A stretch of 64,000 bases of DNA from the human T2T-CHM13v2.0 reference genome, Homo sapiens, in the NCBI RefSeq assembly GCF_009914755.1, contig NC_060933.1; one strand, 5' to 3'. Below the pieces are notes generated by a model. The model was not told the origin of the DNA. It ran no database searches and worked only from the letters and a program-made list of their open reading frames with translations. Made by a program: the position numbers and the translations under genes. Shown piece by piece: positions 49,953 to 64,000 of the stretch. How positions within the stretch are numbered: position 1 is the stretch's first letter; every line of letters starts with the position of its first letter.

Positions 49953-50591
49953 TGACACTCTTAATTGCGTCATGCCTTTGCATTTGTTAGGTGAGTCCTT
50001 CTAAAAAAAAAACTCTTTCATCAACTATCTACTTGCCATGAAATACCACTGGCAGTATTATTAATAATTTGTTCTACTCTTAAGAGTGAAATAACAATGG
50101 AACAGATAAAGTTCCTAGACAGCACTGTAGTTTAAAAACAAACAAAACATACAAACTAGAATCCTACACTATTGGTTTTAACTTAAAGTAGCCATATATT
50201 ATATCAAAACGTGTAAGTACATTTTTTGAATATTTCATCGTTGCAGGTGGTAAACAGCTTCTCTTAAATCTAATAATCTGTGAAATATTACTAAATATTA
50301 TAATGAACAAACATGCTCCTGAGGACCTACAGTGTAACAGGAAGACGTGCTTGTTGGGAGCAGAGGCTGATGACAACAGAACAACACGCTTGACTCAGAA
50401 TGCTAGGCAAAAATAAGGTCTCATGAGAATGTTTCTGTGAAAATATTGTGACTCACAAGTTTTCACAAATGACCCAAGGGTCATTCTCCTAAACCTCTTT
50501 CTCCATATTTTCCAGAATCTAACCTTGAAAGAAACACAATTTCTAGGAACTGAGCAAATCCAATACATTCATTTCATCAACGGATGCACAC

Positions 50592-50713
50592 CTGAGGGCT
50601 CGAACTTCCGTCACGGTGCTCATCATTCCTTTGTCCAGAAGGCAAGGCAGAAGGGCAGCGATGGTTCTCTGGCCAGCTGCTCCTTTGGCAGGGTCACACA
50701 TTTTCACACAGAC
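50592..50713 (-). CDS. ECPAS: ECPAS coding exon ([15 protein letters not shown]...STVTEVRAL)
   Basis: GAG acceptor, GTGTGC donor; 122 nt; phases fit both neighbours. Confidence 0.88.
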
Positions 50714-51007
50714 CTCACATACAAAGAGCATGGACGTTAGTGAAAGTGACCGCGCATCCAATAAAGAATTCATCTGACAAAAGACTTTCTACTTCACATA
50801 TCTACAGGGAAGAATAAGTGAATCTACTTTCTCTGACACTACAGAGACACAGAGGAATGAGATCGGAGATTGAGTCCTAGGTCTGCCAAGAACTAAACAG
50901 AAAATTTGGTAATGCATTTCACTCTCTAAGCACTGGTCCTCCAATTTGTGAAATACAGAACAAAACAGATGATGATCAAACCAGGAAATATGTAAGAAAG
51001 CACTTTA

Positions 51008-51379
<372 letters not shown>

Positions 51380-51893
51380 TCACAGCACAATATAGTGGTC
51401 AAGATCACATGTGAAACAGGAAAACACCTGTATTTAAAACCTGGTTTTACTATTTATGTGACCTATGGCAAGGTTTGTGCAACTAGAATGTAAAGTTCCT
51501 GATATATCACAAAATCAAGTTCAAGTGGGAGATAATTTAGTTTCAAAAAGCTTTCCAACCTCACAAATATGAAAGGTAGCTTTATATATAAACACAGCAA
51601 AAGCAAGAGAAAAGACAGGTGTTGCTTGATCTGAGTGATGTGCTCTTCAGGGTTAAGTCGAAGTTTTATCTTAATTTCACCATTTAAAGAGACCACAGTA
51701 TACTCTGTTCAACACACTAGTACTGCAGTGTTTACAGCACTCACTTTCTCATTCATTCTAAGAGCAGTGAACTACAATATGAAGCCAATTATACTGCAAC
51801 TAAATGTCTTTTCCTATGACAGTAAGTAAATCATTGTCATGGTCACCCAGAACCCTGCTCCACTCCATTCCCAATGTAAGACGGGGTTTTCAC

Positions 51894-51941
51894 CTTGCTC
51901 AGAGTTTTCAGAGCTAGTTCTGCCGCTTTTCGTACAGATTC
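51894..51941 (-). CDS. ECPAS: ECPAS coding exon (ESVRKAAELALKTLSK)
   Basis: AG/GT ends; 48 nt; phase 0/0. Confidence 0.9.
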
Positions 51942-52708
51942 CTAAAAATGACAAAAGTGTGACATCATACAAGTTAGAGAGTTTCACTATCATCTACTCT
52001 ACAATTTGCAATTTAATTGCCTCAGGCCCTACAGAGATTTGGTGGAAAATCTTACATTTCATATCATGTTAAAAAAATTGGTATCTCATCAGACTCTCTG
52101 CCCATCAAGGAACACATTACCATGCCATACTATTAATTTTTAAACATTAACTGTAACCTATTTTGACCTTAAAAAATTTAGCTATTAACAGTTGAGAAAC
52201 TAAATGTATTATAAAAGTAAATACATAAAGATCTATGTGAGAATTCTGAAACACTTAAAAGCCTCCAATAAATAAAGCAAAAAGAAAGGTAAAACTGAAG
52301 TGCCTAATTTTAATGGTAAAATACCAAAATACCTAAAATTAAGATTGCCCAAGAAAAATTCAGAGGAATTGGCCACATTACTTGAGAATAATTAATCCCA
52401 TTTACAGAACTGATCAAAATACTGTTACTATGTCCAAAACTGTTATTTGTCCCTAATCCAATAGAATCATGAGATCTCTATTGAAAGAAGGTATACAGCC
52501 ACCTTTTTTTTCCCTAAGTCTATTTAATTTAGATCTAAGGATACCCAACCTTGCAACTTCACAGACACATTAAGACTGAAACTTTGGGGGAAAACGTTGG
52601 TCTCTTAAAATTATCTGGAAATGGAATTTTGACATACACAACATAAATATTTTAATAATTCCAATTTAACTTTTTGTATATATAAATGCTGATTTATTTC
52701 TATAATAC

Positions 52709-52814
52709 CTTGATATCATCTTGTACTCTAAAAAGCGTTTCCCAAATTTCTGGAAGTTTATCAATGATGTCATCTAAGGGTCTTCCTCTCAATAAATCAT
52801 TCAAAGCTAAACAG
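52709..52814 (-). CDS. ECPAS: ECPAS coding exon ([10 protein letters not shown]...LFRVQDDIK)
   Basis: AG/GT ends; 106 nt; phases fit. Confidence 0.92.
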
Positions 52815-53323
52815 CTGAAAATCAAAATTTCATTTCAATATATGATGAAAAAGGTCAGTATTTTACTATGAAACATTTATACTAAAAAAGAATACAGATT
52901 CTGCCTCTAATTCGAGTTCTCATCCCCTCACCCCAAAACAGCAATGACTTCTCTCCAGGTCCCTCAAATATACCATATATATATGTAATTTACAATTATA
53001 AAATGCTTGTTTCCCACAACTATAATACAATCCCTTTGAGATGACACATCGTTTTTTATTCACCAGTGTGCCTCCAAGGCCTAGCACACTGCCACATACA
53101 CACTGGGCACCGAATGAATCTAACTTGTATACAGAAATGCTATACTATAAAGTCATGACAATACAAAATACATCTTGGTGTCTACCAATTTAACAGGTAA
53201 TCTTCAACTTCTTTGATTTCATACTTACATAAACTATGACAATTTAGGAAAATCATTGACCAAAGCTTAAACAGTTAAAGAAAAATAACTAATGTAGCCA
53301 ACAAGAAATATGCTTTTTGGTAG

Positions 53324-53635
53324 TTTTTTGTTTTGCTTTGTTTTGAGACAGAGTCTCATCTCATTCTGTCGCCCAGGCTGGAGTTCAATGGCACAATCTC
53401 GGCTCACTGCAACCTCTGCCCCCTGGCTGGGTTCAAGCGATTCTCCTGCCTCAGCCTCCCATGTAGCTGGGACTACATGCACATGCCACTGGGCCCAGCT
53501 GATTTTTGTATTTTTAGTAGAGACGGGGTTTCACCATGTTGCCCACGCTGGTCTTGAACTCCTCACCTCAGGTGATCCACCCACCTCGGCCTCCCCATGT
53601 GCTGGGATCACAGGTGTGAGCCACCACGCCCGGCC
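53324..53635 (-). mobile_element. AluSx/Sq-like
   Basis: Reverse Alu; TSD gcttttt(g/a)gtagtttt. Confidence 0.9.
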
Positions 53636-53748
53636 AGCTTTTTAGTAGTTTTAATTTATTCCTTTTGCACAAAGTATAAAACCTAGAAATTTTGAAGGGA
53701 AAAAAATTCAGTTTTATTTGACTAAACTTATATTCCTAAAAACGGTAC

Positions 53749-53828
53749 CTGGATTCTCGAACTCGCCACATATTGCTTGTAAGGTTCTTAACCAAATCTT
53801 GAAGAATTTCTTTCAAATATTTATCCAC
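53749..53828 (-). CDS. ECPAS: ECPAS coding exon ([26 protein letters not shown])
   Basis: AG/GT ends; 80 nt; phases fit. Confidence 0.92.
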
Positions 53829-54396
53829 CTAATGAAAGCAAAAGGATAAAATTTAAAATGCAAAATCCATCAATAATCAAATTACTCAACTCTTAACCAC
53901 ACTGGTTAACCACACTTAACCACACTGACCATGTTTCTATATTTTACGGCCTCCATGTCTCTCTAGGCCACTCAGCCCACAAATCTCTTCCCACTTTGGT
54001 CACTATAAAGCTGCCAGGTGATCATTCTAAAATGTACATTTGATGCTTTTATTTTCCTCAGTGCATGAGAATGAAGTCCATTCACCCAGGCATGCACACA
54101 AAGCCTTCCATGACTCATCCAGACCCAAAAGTACCATATTCTGTCTCACCTCCATTCCTTGGCACATGCCACCTCTCCCTACAATCCCCTTCCCAGGTCC
54201 TACTTGCTTGGCTAACTCCTACTTGTCCTTCAAGGTTCATATTAGCCATCCTTTCCCAGAGAAGATTAGCTTGGGTACTCTCCTCTCTGTTCCCATAGCA
54301 CCTTCTGAAGAAGCATCACACAAAATCATACAATAACTGTACTATTTCACTATACTGCAGACCCTCAAGGGGGTCGGGTGCAGTTATTGTACAGGA

Positions 54397-55353
54397 CAGT
54401 GCAGTTACTGAAGGACAGAGTCTCACTCATCGTCAGTGCAGTTATTGAGGGACACAGTCTCACTCATCATCAGTGCAGTTACTGAGGGACAGAGTCTCAC
54501 TCATCATCAGTGCAGTTATTGAGGGACAGAGTCTCACTCATCATCAGTGCAGTTATTGAGGGACAGTGTCTCACTCATCATCAGTGCAGTTACTGAGGGA
54601 CAGAGTCTCACTCAACATCAGTGCAGTTACTGAGAGACAGTGTCTCACTCATCATCAGTGCAGTTATTGAGGGACAGAGTCTCACTCATCGTCAGTGCAG
54701 TTATTGAGGGACAGAGTCTCACTCATCGTCAGTGCAGTTATTGAGGGACAGAGTCTCACTCATCGTCAGTGCAGTTACTGAGAGACAGTGTCTCACTCAT
54801 CGTCAGTGCAGTTATTGAGGGACAGTGTCTCGCTCATCGTCAGTGCAGTTATTGAGGAACAGAGTCTCACTCATCATCAGTGCAGTTATTGAGGGACAGA
54901 GTCTCACTCATCATCAGTGCAGTTACTGAGGGACACTGTCTCACTCACTGTCAGTGCAGTTACTGAGGGACACAGTCTCACTCACCATCAGTGCAGTTAC
55001 TGAGAGACAGTGTCTCACTCATCATCAGTGCAGTTACTGAGGGACAGAGTCTCACTCATCGTCAGTGCAGTTACTGAGAGACAGTGTCTCACTCGTCAGT
55101 GCAGTTATTGAGGGACAGTGTCTCACTCATCGTCAGTGCAGTTATTGAGGGACAGAGTCTCACTCATCATCAGTGCAGTTATTGAGGGACAGAGTCTCAC
55201 TCATCGTCAGTGCAGTTATTGAGGGACAGATTCTCACTCATCGTCAGTGCAGTTATTGAGGGACAGAGTCTCACTCATCAACAGTGCAGTTACTGAGGGA
55301 CAGTGTCTCACTCATCATCAGTGCAGTTATTGAGGGACAGAGTCTCACTCATC
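54397..55353. repeat. 37-bp minisatellite, ~26 copies (cagtgcagttaYtgagggacagWgtctcactcatcRt)
   Basis: Head-to-tail near-identical units with no spacers. Confidence 0.97.
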
Positions 55354-56964
55354 TTTTTATCCCCAGTACCTTACCCAGTGCCTGGTTCATGACTGTTCAG
55401 AATGAAAGATGAGTTTTACTTTTTAAGCCTCTGTTCTGTTTTGATATACACTTAGCAACTTGGTAATAATGACAAAATAATGGTAGAATCAGTCTTATAC
55501 CAATGCTGACATTCTCAAAAATTTACGGCTTTTCCACTTTTGTAGGTAGGAAAGGTTTTGTTATCCTTACTTACATGTAAGAAAACCAAGACAAAGAGGT
55601 AAATAACAAACTGATGTCTTCCTATGTCTGCTTCTCTCAACATTCTCCATGGATGATCTCATCCACACTTGTGGCTTAATCCTTTCACTTATAGAGATGA
55701 CACTCACGTCTCAAGGGTCTAGGCTTGTGTCCTGAGCTCAGACCTACAAAGCCCACTGGCCTACTAGATCTTGGCTGACCCAAAAGTGCCACATGTTCTC
55801 CTGGAGCAAGCAAAACTCATTGAGTCTTCAAAGCTGAACCCTCAAGTACCTACCACCAAGAATAGAAACATATTCAGCCTAGTACCAGACAGGAGAGACA
55901 GGAAGGGGCCACATTACGGGCAGGGACTTGTAAGACATAGTAAGGATCATGGAATTTATTTAAAGTGAGCTGTAAAGCTACTAAAGGATTTTAACCCAAA
56001 ATGGCACAATCTAACTTGCATTTTTAAAAATTACTTTTGCTACTATGTAGATAATTAAATGAAGAACGGCAAAGAGGAAAAAAAAAGATGATGATGACCT
56101 ATTCATCAGTAAAGAATTAGGGAAAGAAGAGAGTAGATTCAAGGAATACTTTGGAAGCAGAATCAACAGAATTTGCTACTAGATTCAATTGGGGGTGGTG
56201 GTGAGACACAGATCAAAATAAAGTATGACACCAAGTTTTCTGGCTTGGGCAAATAGGTAAACAGTGAGAGTAGAGGGGGAAGGTTATTTTTTAAGTCCTG
56301 TTCTGGGCATGTTGGGTTTATGGTATTCTGAAACAACACTGAAGTGAAATTTTCAAGTAAACAGTTACATATGCATGTCTAAAGTGCAAGTGACATCTGG
56401 ACCAAAAGTGTAAGGTTGGGAACTTTCACAATAAAGATGACATTTACATGCCTTGGAACTGATTGATATAGAGAAGGCTCAGAGAGCAAAAGATACTCAG
56501 AGACAAGCCCTGAGAAATCTTAATATCTAAAAGTGGGACAGAACATGATTAACAGCCAGATGAGAGGACACCAACAGAGAAAACAAAATGGCAATTGCCT
56601 GCTTCCTTGTCTGTCTCCCCAGCTAACTGAATTCATTGGAGATGGGACTATGACCCATTCTCCATTCCATCAACAGTCCCTATCCACATTTACTATTCCA
56701 TTTGTGTGAATACATAATCATTTCCTTAACCATCTTCCCAGTGGACATTTATATTGTTTCCCTTTTGGAGATTTCAATAAATGTTGCCATACACATCTTT
56801 GATACCTTGAAAGAAGGAAGAAAGCATGGAATGAAAGACAATTTATTTGTTTAAACAAGTAAACATAAAAAGTAGAAAGGAAGATGGACACTGGGTTTAA
56901 ATCCTATGCATGACCCTGGACAGTCTACAGTGTTTTCCTAACACAGGGGTTCACAGACACTTAC

Positions 56965-57132
56965 CATGGATTTGTCAGTGACCAACGCATTCCAAATACT
57001 TGTCATGGCCTGTCGAATGCCAAGGTTGGGATCAAACTGGTAACGATAAAGTCGAGGAACTAGCTGAGGCAGAAAAGGAGCCAGCTGCTCTCCAGCTCTG
57101 GTAGCAATTACATTAAAACCAAAAGCAGCACC
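56965..57132 (-). CDS. ECPAS: ECPAS coding exon ([10 protein letters not shown]...[13 protein letters not shown]...VTDKSM)
   Basis: AG/GT ends; 168 nt; conserved Ecm29 motif [10 protein letters not shown]. Confidence 0.95.
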
Positions 57133-57392
57133 CTAAAAATAATAGGCTGAAGTGACTCAGATGCACCATTATAGTAAAATATTAACATAGCAAAAAATTC
57201 TCCCTCCAAACTTATGCCTAAATACAGCCTGATTTATTGGTCTTTCCAATCAACAGCATTTGTGGGGTTCAGCTTTCTCATCAGGCACAGACTTTCACAA
57301 AATGCACTACATACCATTTGCCACTGTCTGCCAATGTAGCATGTTTGGTTTGCATGAAAAAAATAAATAATTGTCCAGTGATAGCAACTTAC

Positions 57393-57510
57393 CTTCCTAG
57401 AGTTCCACATTGCATGATGGTTGGCTAAATTCATAAATTTATACACCAGATCTGGCTGGCTAAGATCACTTGCCAGAGAACAAAGTTCCTTGTAAGTAGA
57501 AAGGCCCTGA
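57393..57510 (-). CDS. ECPAS: ECPAS coding exon ([39 protein letters not shown])
   Basis: AG/GT ends; 118 nt; conserved Ecm29 motif TYKEL...LVYKFM. Confidence 0.95.
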
Positions 57511-58249
57511 CTTGGAAACAAAGAAAAAGAGGTAGGCAATAATACACTTCTCTCTCTCCAGCCTAAAAAATTACATCATCAATATTACTAGGACATACTA
57601 AAATCAAATTTTCACTCAATTTCTAATACTGAGTTATCACCATGGAGACAGAACACAAGTTAGTAAGAATATAAAAAGTCACCTAATTCAACTATTAGCA
57701 ATTCCTAAGCCCCTCTACATTGCTGCTGATAAATGACCTAAATGCACCTCTAAGTCCATAGCCATGGTCCACTCACCACCTGGAGATGCAACTCAATAAT
57801 TCTTCATTATGTTATGCATAATCTCACGTGATCATAAGAGAGTCATTGGAAGACAACATCTGTCTTCCCTAAGTCTTTTCTAAGCTAGACCACCCTAATT
57901 CTGATTGAGTCTTGTTAACTTTCCTCTGAACAAATAATATTGGCTCAAATATCTAATTGTTTTGTTATTTTGTAAAATGTAAGCACTTTTTTAAAAACTT
58001 AGAAGGAGTCTACAAGGAGAGTTAAGTACAATGAAAACAACTTTTGATGTGATAACAGTGTACTGTGGGGGAACGTCAACGATGGAACAAACTGCAGCTT
58101 TCTCCTGCTGCAGACAACAATGAAGCAGGCTCGTGTGTGACACCACAGCAAGGCCCTGCAACCAGCAAAGATTTGCCTAACGATCCGTAGAAATAAAGCA
58201 TGATAAAATAAAGGCGGTCAAGCTCAAGGAATTTATTTTAAATGCAAAA

Positions 58250-59005
<756 letters not shown>

Positions 59006-59164
59006 GACATCAGACTTTTTTCCATGTAAGTTTTCTTCTTCCACCAATAGATAACATTTCCTAAGAGGGTAGAAATCAACTTCATGACTGCTCTATTTAC
59101 CAGACTAATAAATGCATATATATATTTAAAGATGTTTACCATTCAATGGATTTAGCATACTTAC

Positions 59165-59233
59165 CCATCTGGTGTTTTGCCAAGAGCTCCCCCTTGAAAT
59201 ACCACTGTCTCTCCAGAAACTTCATGTTTAACT
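59165..59233 (-). CDS. ECPAS: ECPAS coding exon ([22 protein letters not shown])
   Basis: AG/GT ends; 69 nt; phase 2/2. Confidence 0.92.
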
Positions 59234-59367
59234 CTAAACCAAAACAATAATTTCAATAAGCTTCAAGCTTTTCATACCAACATTCAACTAGCCAATACGA
59301 TTCATTTACAAAGTGATAAAACTTCCTATCAAGCATTTACTGTGTACAAGATATAAAAGTCCTTTCC

Positions 59368-59854
<487 letters not shown>

Positions 59855-60176
59855 TTAGACTATGAATGATATGCAAGCTTCTTCTCCGTATCTTAACTTC
59901 CATTTAGCCAACAGTAATTACGGCATTTTTCTAACCCAATACATTATCTGAGACCATTAAACTTTCGACGCTTGACCTAGTGGCATGCTCCTAAAGTTAA
60001 CAGTATACCCTGGAATAATTGTGCTATCCACAGCACAACAATTATGGACTCGCAACTTAGAAAAGGCTTCATAAACCAAAACATGGAAAGCCGAATCTTC
60101 CTTCTCCAGCATCTTCTCACTATGTGTAGAGACTTCCTCTATGGGCTTGAATCTAAAATTTTCAAGTTCACCATAC

Positions 60177-60291
60177 CTTTTGCCAGTCATAAGTGTTTCC
60201 ACAAGTGTAGAAACCAATTCCTGTTGATCTTGTTCATTGCCTAGTTCATAAACCAACCCAAGGCCCTTTGATGCAACATCTTGGCTAAGTT
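60177..60291 (-). CDS. ECPAS: ECPAS coding exon ([15 protein letters not shown]...ETLMTGK)
   Basis: AG/GT ends; 115 nt; phases fit. Confidence 0.93.
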
Positions 60292-61088
60292 CTACAAGAA
60301 AGTCAGACAAGATTGTATCACTTTAAAAAAAATTTTGTCTACTTGCTATGAAATCAAAATTTTTAAAGTTATGTTGACACTGACCCAAAATGATATCAAA
60401 GTAAAGATATAAAAACAGAATCAATATGCCTATTTTGTTAAAAATAATAATCATTTCAGGGGACATGGCACCACACAAGTTACTGTAAATGAGAACCACA
60501 TTCACAGAAGATCCAGTTCACAAATCTAGACAATACTGATGGACCTATACAGTGTCACTGGACAGTGCAGCGACAGATTATCCATGGGCTGTAAGTCATA
60601 CATCAGAGATAAAACAGCCTCACAAGATCTCAATACACTCAGACCTAACTTTTAAAAGTCAATGCAAGACCATATGTTTAAAACAAGTTATAAAACAAAG
60701 CTTAGTACTGAAAGATTTAACACATATACGTTCACTCTCTCCTAGCTTAAATCAGAGAGGAAAAGTAACCAGAGGCAGAAAAAAGCTATTAGGAGAGATA
60801 CTAATGTTAAAGAAGGCCTCGGCTCCATTTTAAAATGCAGAGTTGAGGAACATGTTCTAATGTATAAACCAATAAATGAGAAAGAATCTAAGTTTCCTGT
60901 ATCCTAACTAGAAATTTTGGTTTCTAAACATTAACATAATGCTTATCCTTACTACTAACAAATAAGGTTTAATAATTGTTTTAATCACACAGCTCAAGAA
61001 AGTTTTCTTTCATGTTCATTAATCCAGATTTTTGAACATTTAAAATACAAGTTCAATTAAGTTTAGAAATCAAATATTAACAACCTAC

Positions 61089-61143
61089 CATCATTTTCTG
61101 ATAGAACTGAAACAAATGCACTTTGAATTTCTTTAAGATGAGA
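61089..61143 (-). CDS. ECPAS: ECPAS coding exon (SHLKEIQSAFVSVLSEND)
   Basis: AG/GT ends; 55 nt; phases fit. Confidence 0.92.
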
Positions 61144-61568
61144 CTGAAAGAAGAAAAAAGGCATTAGAACACTGAAACTCTACCTCTTTGAGAGAATAAG
61201 AGTCTTGCTCTCACCGTGTACAAAATTTGTAGTCTTATTATCCAAGCCAGTTACAATCGCTGTTTTGCTCTCATCTTTACAGGTGGCCCAAATCACCTGG
61301 AGCTGCACCACTTACACGTAGTCTAACACATGCAAGCTGACCACTGCCCCAACTGAGCCTTCCTATCTCAAGCACTTCTGACTTTATTCCTTCAAGGCTA
61401 GAATCATCTTCCAGCCTATATACATCAGGCCACCATCCTTCATTCCTTCATGTACAATGTATTTCAAAATACCTACTATTGGTTAATGACCTTCACCCTC
61501 ATATGCTTTCCTTGCTACTTATAATACTGTGGTTTCCAACAGGGCTGACCACATACAGCATGGCTCAC

Positions 61569-61714
61569 CTTCACTTCTTTGTGGGTACTTAGCTTCCTGA
61601 CAAGGGAAAGGAGCCAGATGCAGGCTGCTTGCCTCACGTGTGGGTTGGGGCTGATGATATGTTTATTTAAAATCACATCCAACACCCATGGAACCACATC
61701 ATTCACTTTGGCTC
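61569..61714 (-). CDS. ECPAS: ECPAS coding exon ([10 protein letters not shown]...LSTHKEVK); most 5' exon found in this window
   Basis: AG/GT ends; 146 nt; HEAT-like [15 protein letters not shown]. Confidence 0.93.
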
Positions 61715-62087
61715 CTGGGGAAAAGCAAAGAAAAATAACAAAGAATTAAAATAACTCAACATAGTTTCCTGAAAAAATTAAATTCAAATCAACATTTACT
61801 CAACAGAACAATCCTATATAAAAATCTAAATGGCTAAGGTGTTTAAAGTTGCTGAAGGAATCAATAATTATCCACTCTAGAACCTAGTGTAAACAAAATT
61901 ACATTTCAAAGGTACTCGAGTAACTTTTTAGTTCCTGAGAATGAAAACTTATCCCTAATCTCTCTAGTGTCAGCAATTTTTGTCTACTAGATGTTTCTCA
62001 TCTTCCATCTAAAAACTAACAAACTTATTTTGCACTTACTTTCCTCCTCCAGCTACCATACTGTTTTTCTCCTTTCCTTTATTACTC

Positions 62088-62288
62088 CAGGGTTTCTCAA
62101 CCTCAACACTACCGACATTGTGGCTGGATAATTCTTTATCATACAAAGCTGTGCTATACACTGCAGGATGTCTAGCAGCATCCTGTGCCTTCACCCACTA
62201 GAGACCAGTGGCACCCACCCTCCCCAGTGTCTAGACATTACCAAGTGTCTAGGGGGAAAAATCTCATTCCTCCAGTGACAAACCAATG
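62088..62288 (+). mobile_element. MER20-like hAT element
   Basis: cagggtttctcaacctcaacactaccgacatt...gcaggatgtctagcagcatcc. Confidence 0.75.
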
Positions 62289-63964
62289 ATTTACATTAAG
62301 ACCCTTCAAAATAGTTGTTTAAACTCATGTTCAAACTTTGCTCTTCTCTTTTTTGAGCCCACTCCAAATCAGCCTTTTACCTTCTCTTCTCCATAGAAAT
62401 TAGTCATAGAAATCACGAATGACTTTCCTGTTGCTAAGTCCAATGATGGTTTCTCAATTCTCACTTTAGTCGATCTATTGGCAGTACATGACATGGTCAA
62501 TTCCCCTCCGCCCCTTGTCCCTTCATAACTCCTCATTGATCACATTACTCCAGTTCTCAGAGTCAGAATCCCTTCTTTTAATTCCTGTAACCACAACTCT
62601 AGCTGCCAGCAGTTCTGCTATCTGGGCATCTACAATTATAAAACCAACAAGTCCTTACTAGATTCCCATAACATGCCCAGGATATTATGTAGAGATGTTA
62701 AGACGGCTAAGACCTGGGCCCTAACTGGCTTCTCAAATGCTGTTCATTCTACTCACAGCAAGATTGGTACACTGTAACCAACAATGACATCCAAAGGCTA
62801 AGAAGCACTCAGATGAGAATGACATAGAACACGCATGATCAAAATTCACGTCAGAGATTCATCATCCCTCCCTTCTCCACAATATTTTATGTTTTCCTTT
62901 CCCAAAACAGACAAAAATAGAACTTCAACATTTAATGGACAATTGGAGATTCCTTTGCATGAGTAAAAAGCCAAGCAGGATGCAATCTTCCAAGAAGAGT
63001 TTGAGGCAATACAAGAGTTCAGAGGATGAAGACTGGCACAGATGCCTCTCTACTAACCTCTACTTGCTTAAGTCACTAGGTAAAAAACCCATGGAGTCAA
63101 AAACATGCCTCTCACAGCAAACCCACTCCTCAGTGTGAGCCCTCCCTGTTGTCAAGCCTCTGTTACCACCTCTCACATGCAACCTCAAAATTCCCACTTC
63201 AGGTTTGGTTGTCTTCTTGTTAACAATGTTGCTTCCCTTCCTTACCTCCCTCCTTCTATACAAACTGCTCCTTGCCTTGCTTCATGTGTGTTCAAAGAAA
63301 AACCTCAAAGAACTGACTCTGATTCAGCTTCCGTCAATCCACAACTCTCATTACAGTGCAAGCAAAAGTGTGTTTTTCTATTTCCTTTAAATCTCTTTAG
63401 GGTGGCTAATGAAATAATAGGTGAACGCATTACCGTGGAGTTAAATGTTAACTGTAACACTAAGTGCAATAACTAAATTAATGCATTATTCATGATGGAA
63501 CACAATATACAATAAAATTGTTACCATGAGAATACTCTCTTTTAATTTCCTCACTTGAGAGGATAAAATATAAAAATGTGGTGACTTTTCCTTCTGTTTA
63601 AATTTTTTTTTATTCTAGCTCAAATACTAAAATATATTTTCAATTCCAAATTCAAATCAAACCACAACAAACTTGAAATCATAATATATAAAACATAAAG
63701 TCAGAAACCACATGTTCCCTCAACTATATGCTGTCACTAAAAGCCAGTGTACCTAGAGCGCTAGCAGAAGGCACTGAGGCTTCATTATGTAATAAAGGAT
63801 TAGAGGACACATCATCTGGAAACAACTATACCTTGAATTCTGAAACTGGCTAAATACATAAATCCTCGTGAAAAGAGCACAAGCTTCAAGGTAATCCAAA
63901 GCTGACTCCCCTGCTTGCTTGCCAAAGGGTCAGAAAAAGAAGTTAACTAATTTCATGCTGTCTG

Positions 63965-64000
63965 CTTTTTATTTTTTGAGACAGAGTCTTACTCTGTCGC
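63965..64000 (-). mobile_element. Alu tail end, cut by the window edge
   Basis: ttttttgagacagagtcttactctgtcgc. Confidence 0.8.

Noticed and set aside
50581-50760. Possible U12-type intron beside the weak exon
   Set aside because: Donors are GTGTGC and GTGAAA, not RTATCCTT, and no TCCTTAAC branch site is present
54397-55353. CRISPR-like array (37-bp partly palindromic repeats)
   Set aside because: Units are contiguous with no unique spacers, there are no cas genes, and the context is a primate intron; it is a minisatellite
62935-63476. Further ECPAS exon or separate gene near the window end
   Set aside because: No minus-strand exon with suitable splice sites and phase found; the ORFs show no recognisable similarity

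Overview
Primate (very probably human) genomic DNA; I recognise the gene from its translation as ECPAS (ECM29/KIAA0368, proteasome adaptor; human 9q31.3). Bases ~1-26,000 are intergenic and almost entirely transposon-derived. They include a full-length but dead L1PA7-like LINE-1 (1356-9923, 20-bp TSD) carrying a HERV-W env/LTR processed pseudogene in its ORF1-ORF2 spacer and an AluYd-like element in ORF2. Bases ~26,000-64,000 hold the 3' part of ECPAS on the minus strand: I traced 25 coding exons with GT-AG boundaries and consistent phases (2744 nt, about 913 C-terminal codons plus stop). The introns carry Alus, a Tigger1-in-Tigger3-in-L1 nest, a 35-nt U2 retrocopy and a 37-bp minisatellite. 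I found no new protein-coding system, and most ORFs in the track are repeat artefacts. The best leads are: (i) a 4-exon ECPAS block bracketed by inverted Alus whose 435-nt back-spliced circle would be a stop-free reading frame; (ii) the L1/HERV-W nest; (iii) several template-switch-like inverted duplications, including a 74-bp near-perfect hairpin just past the ECPAS 3' end. Repeat subfamily names come from remembered consensus sequences and need RepeatMasker/Dfam confirmation.
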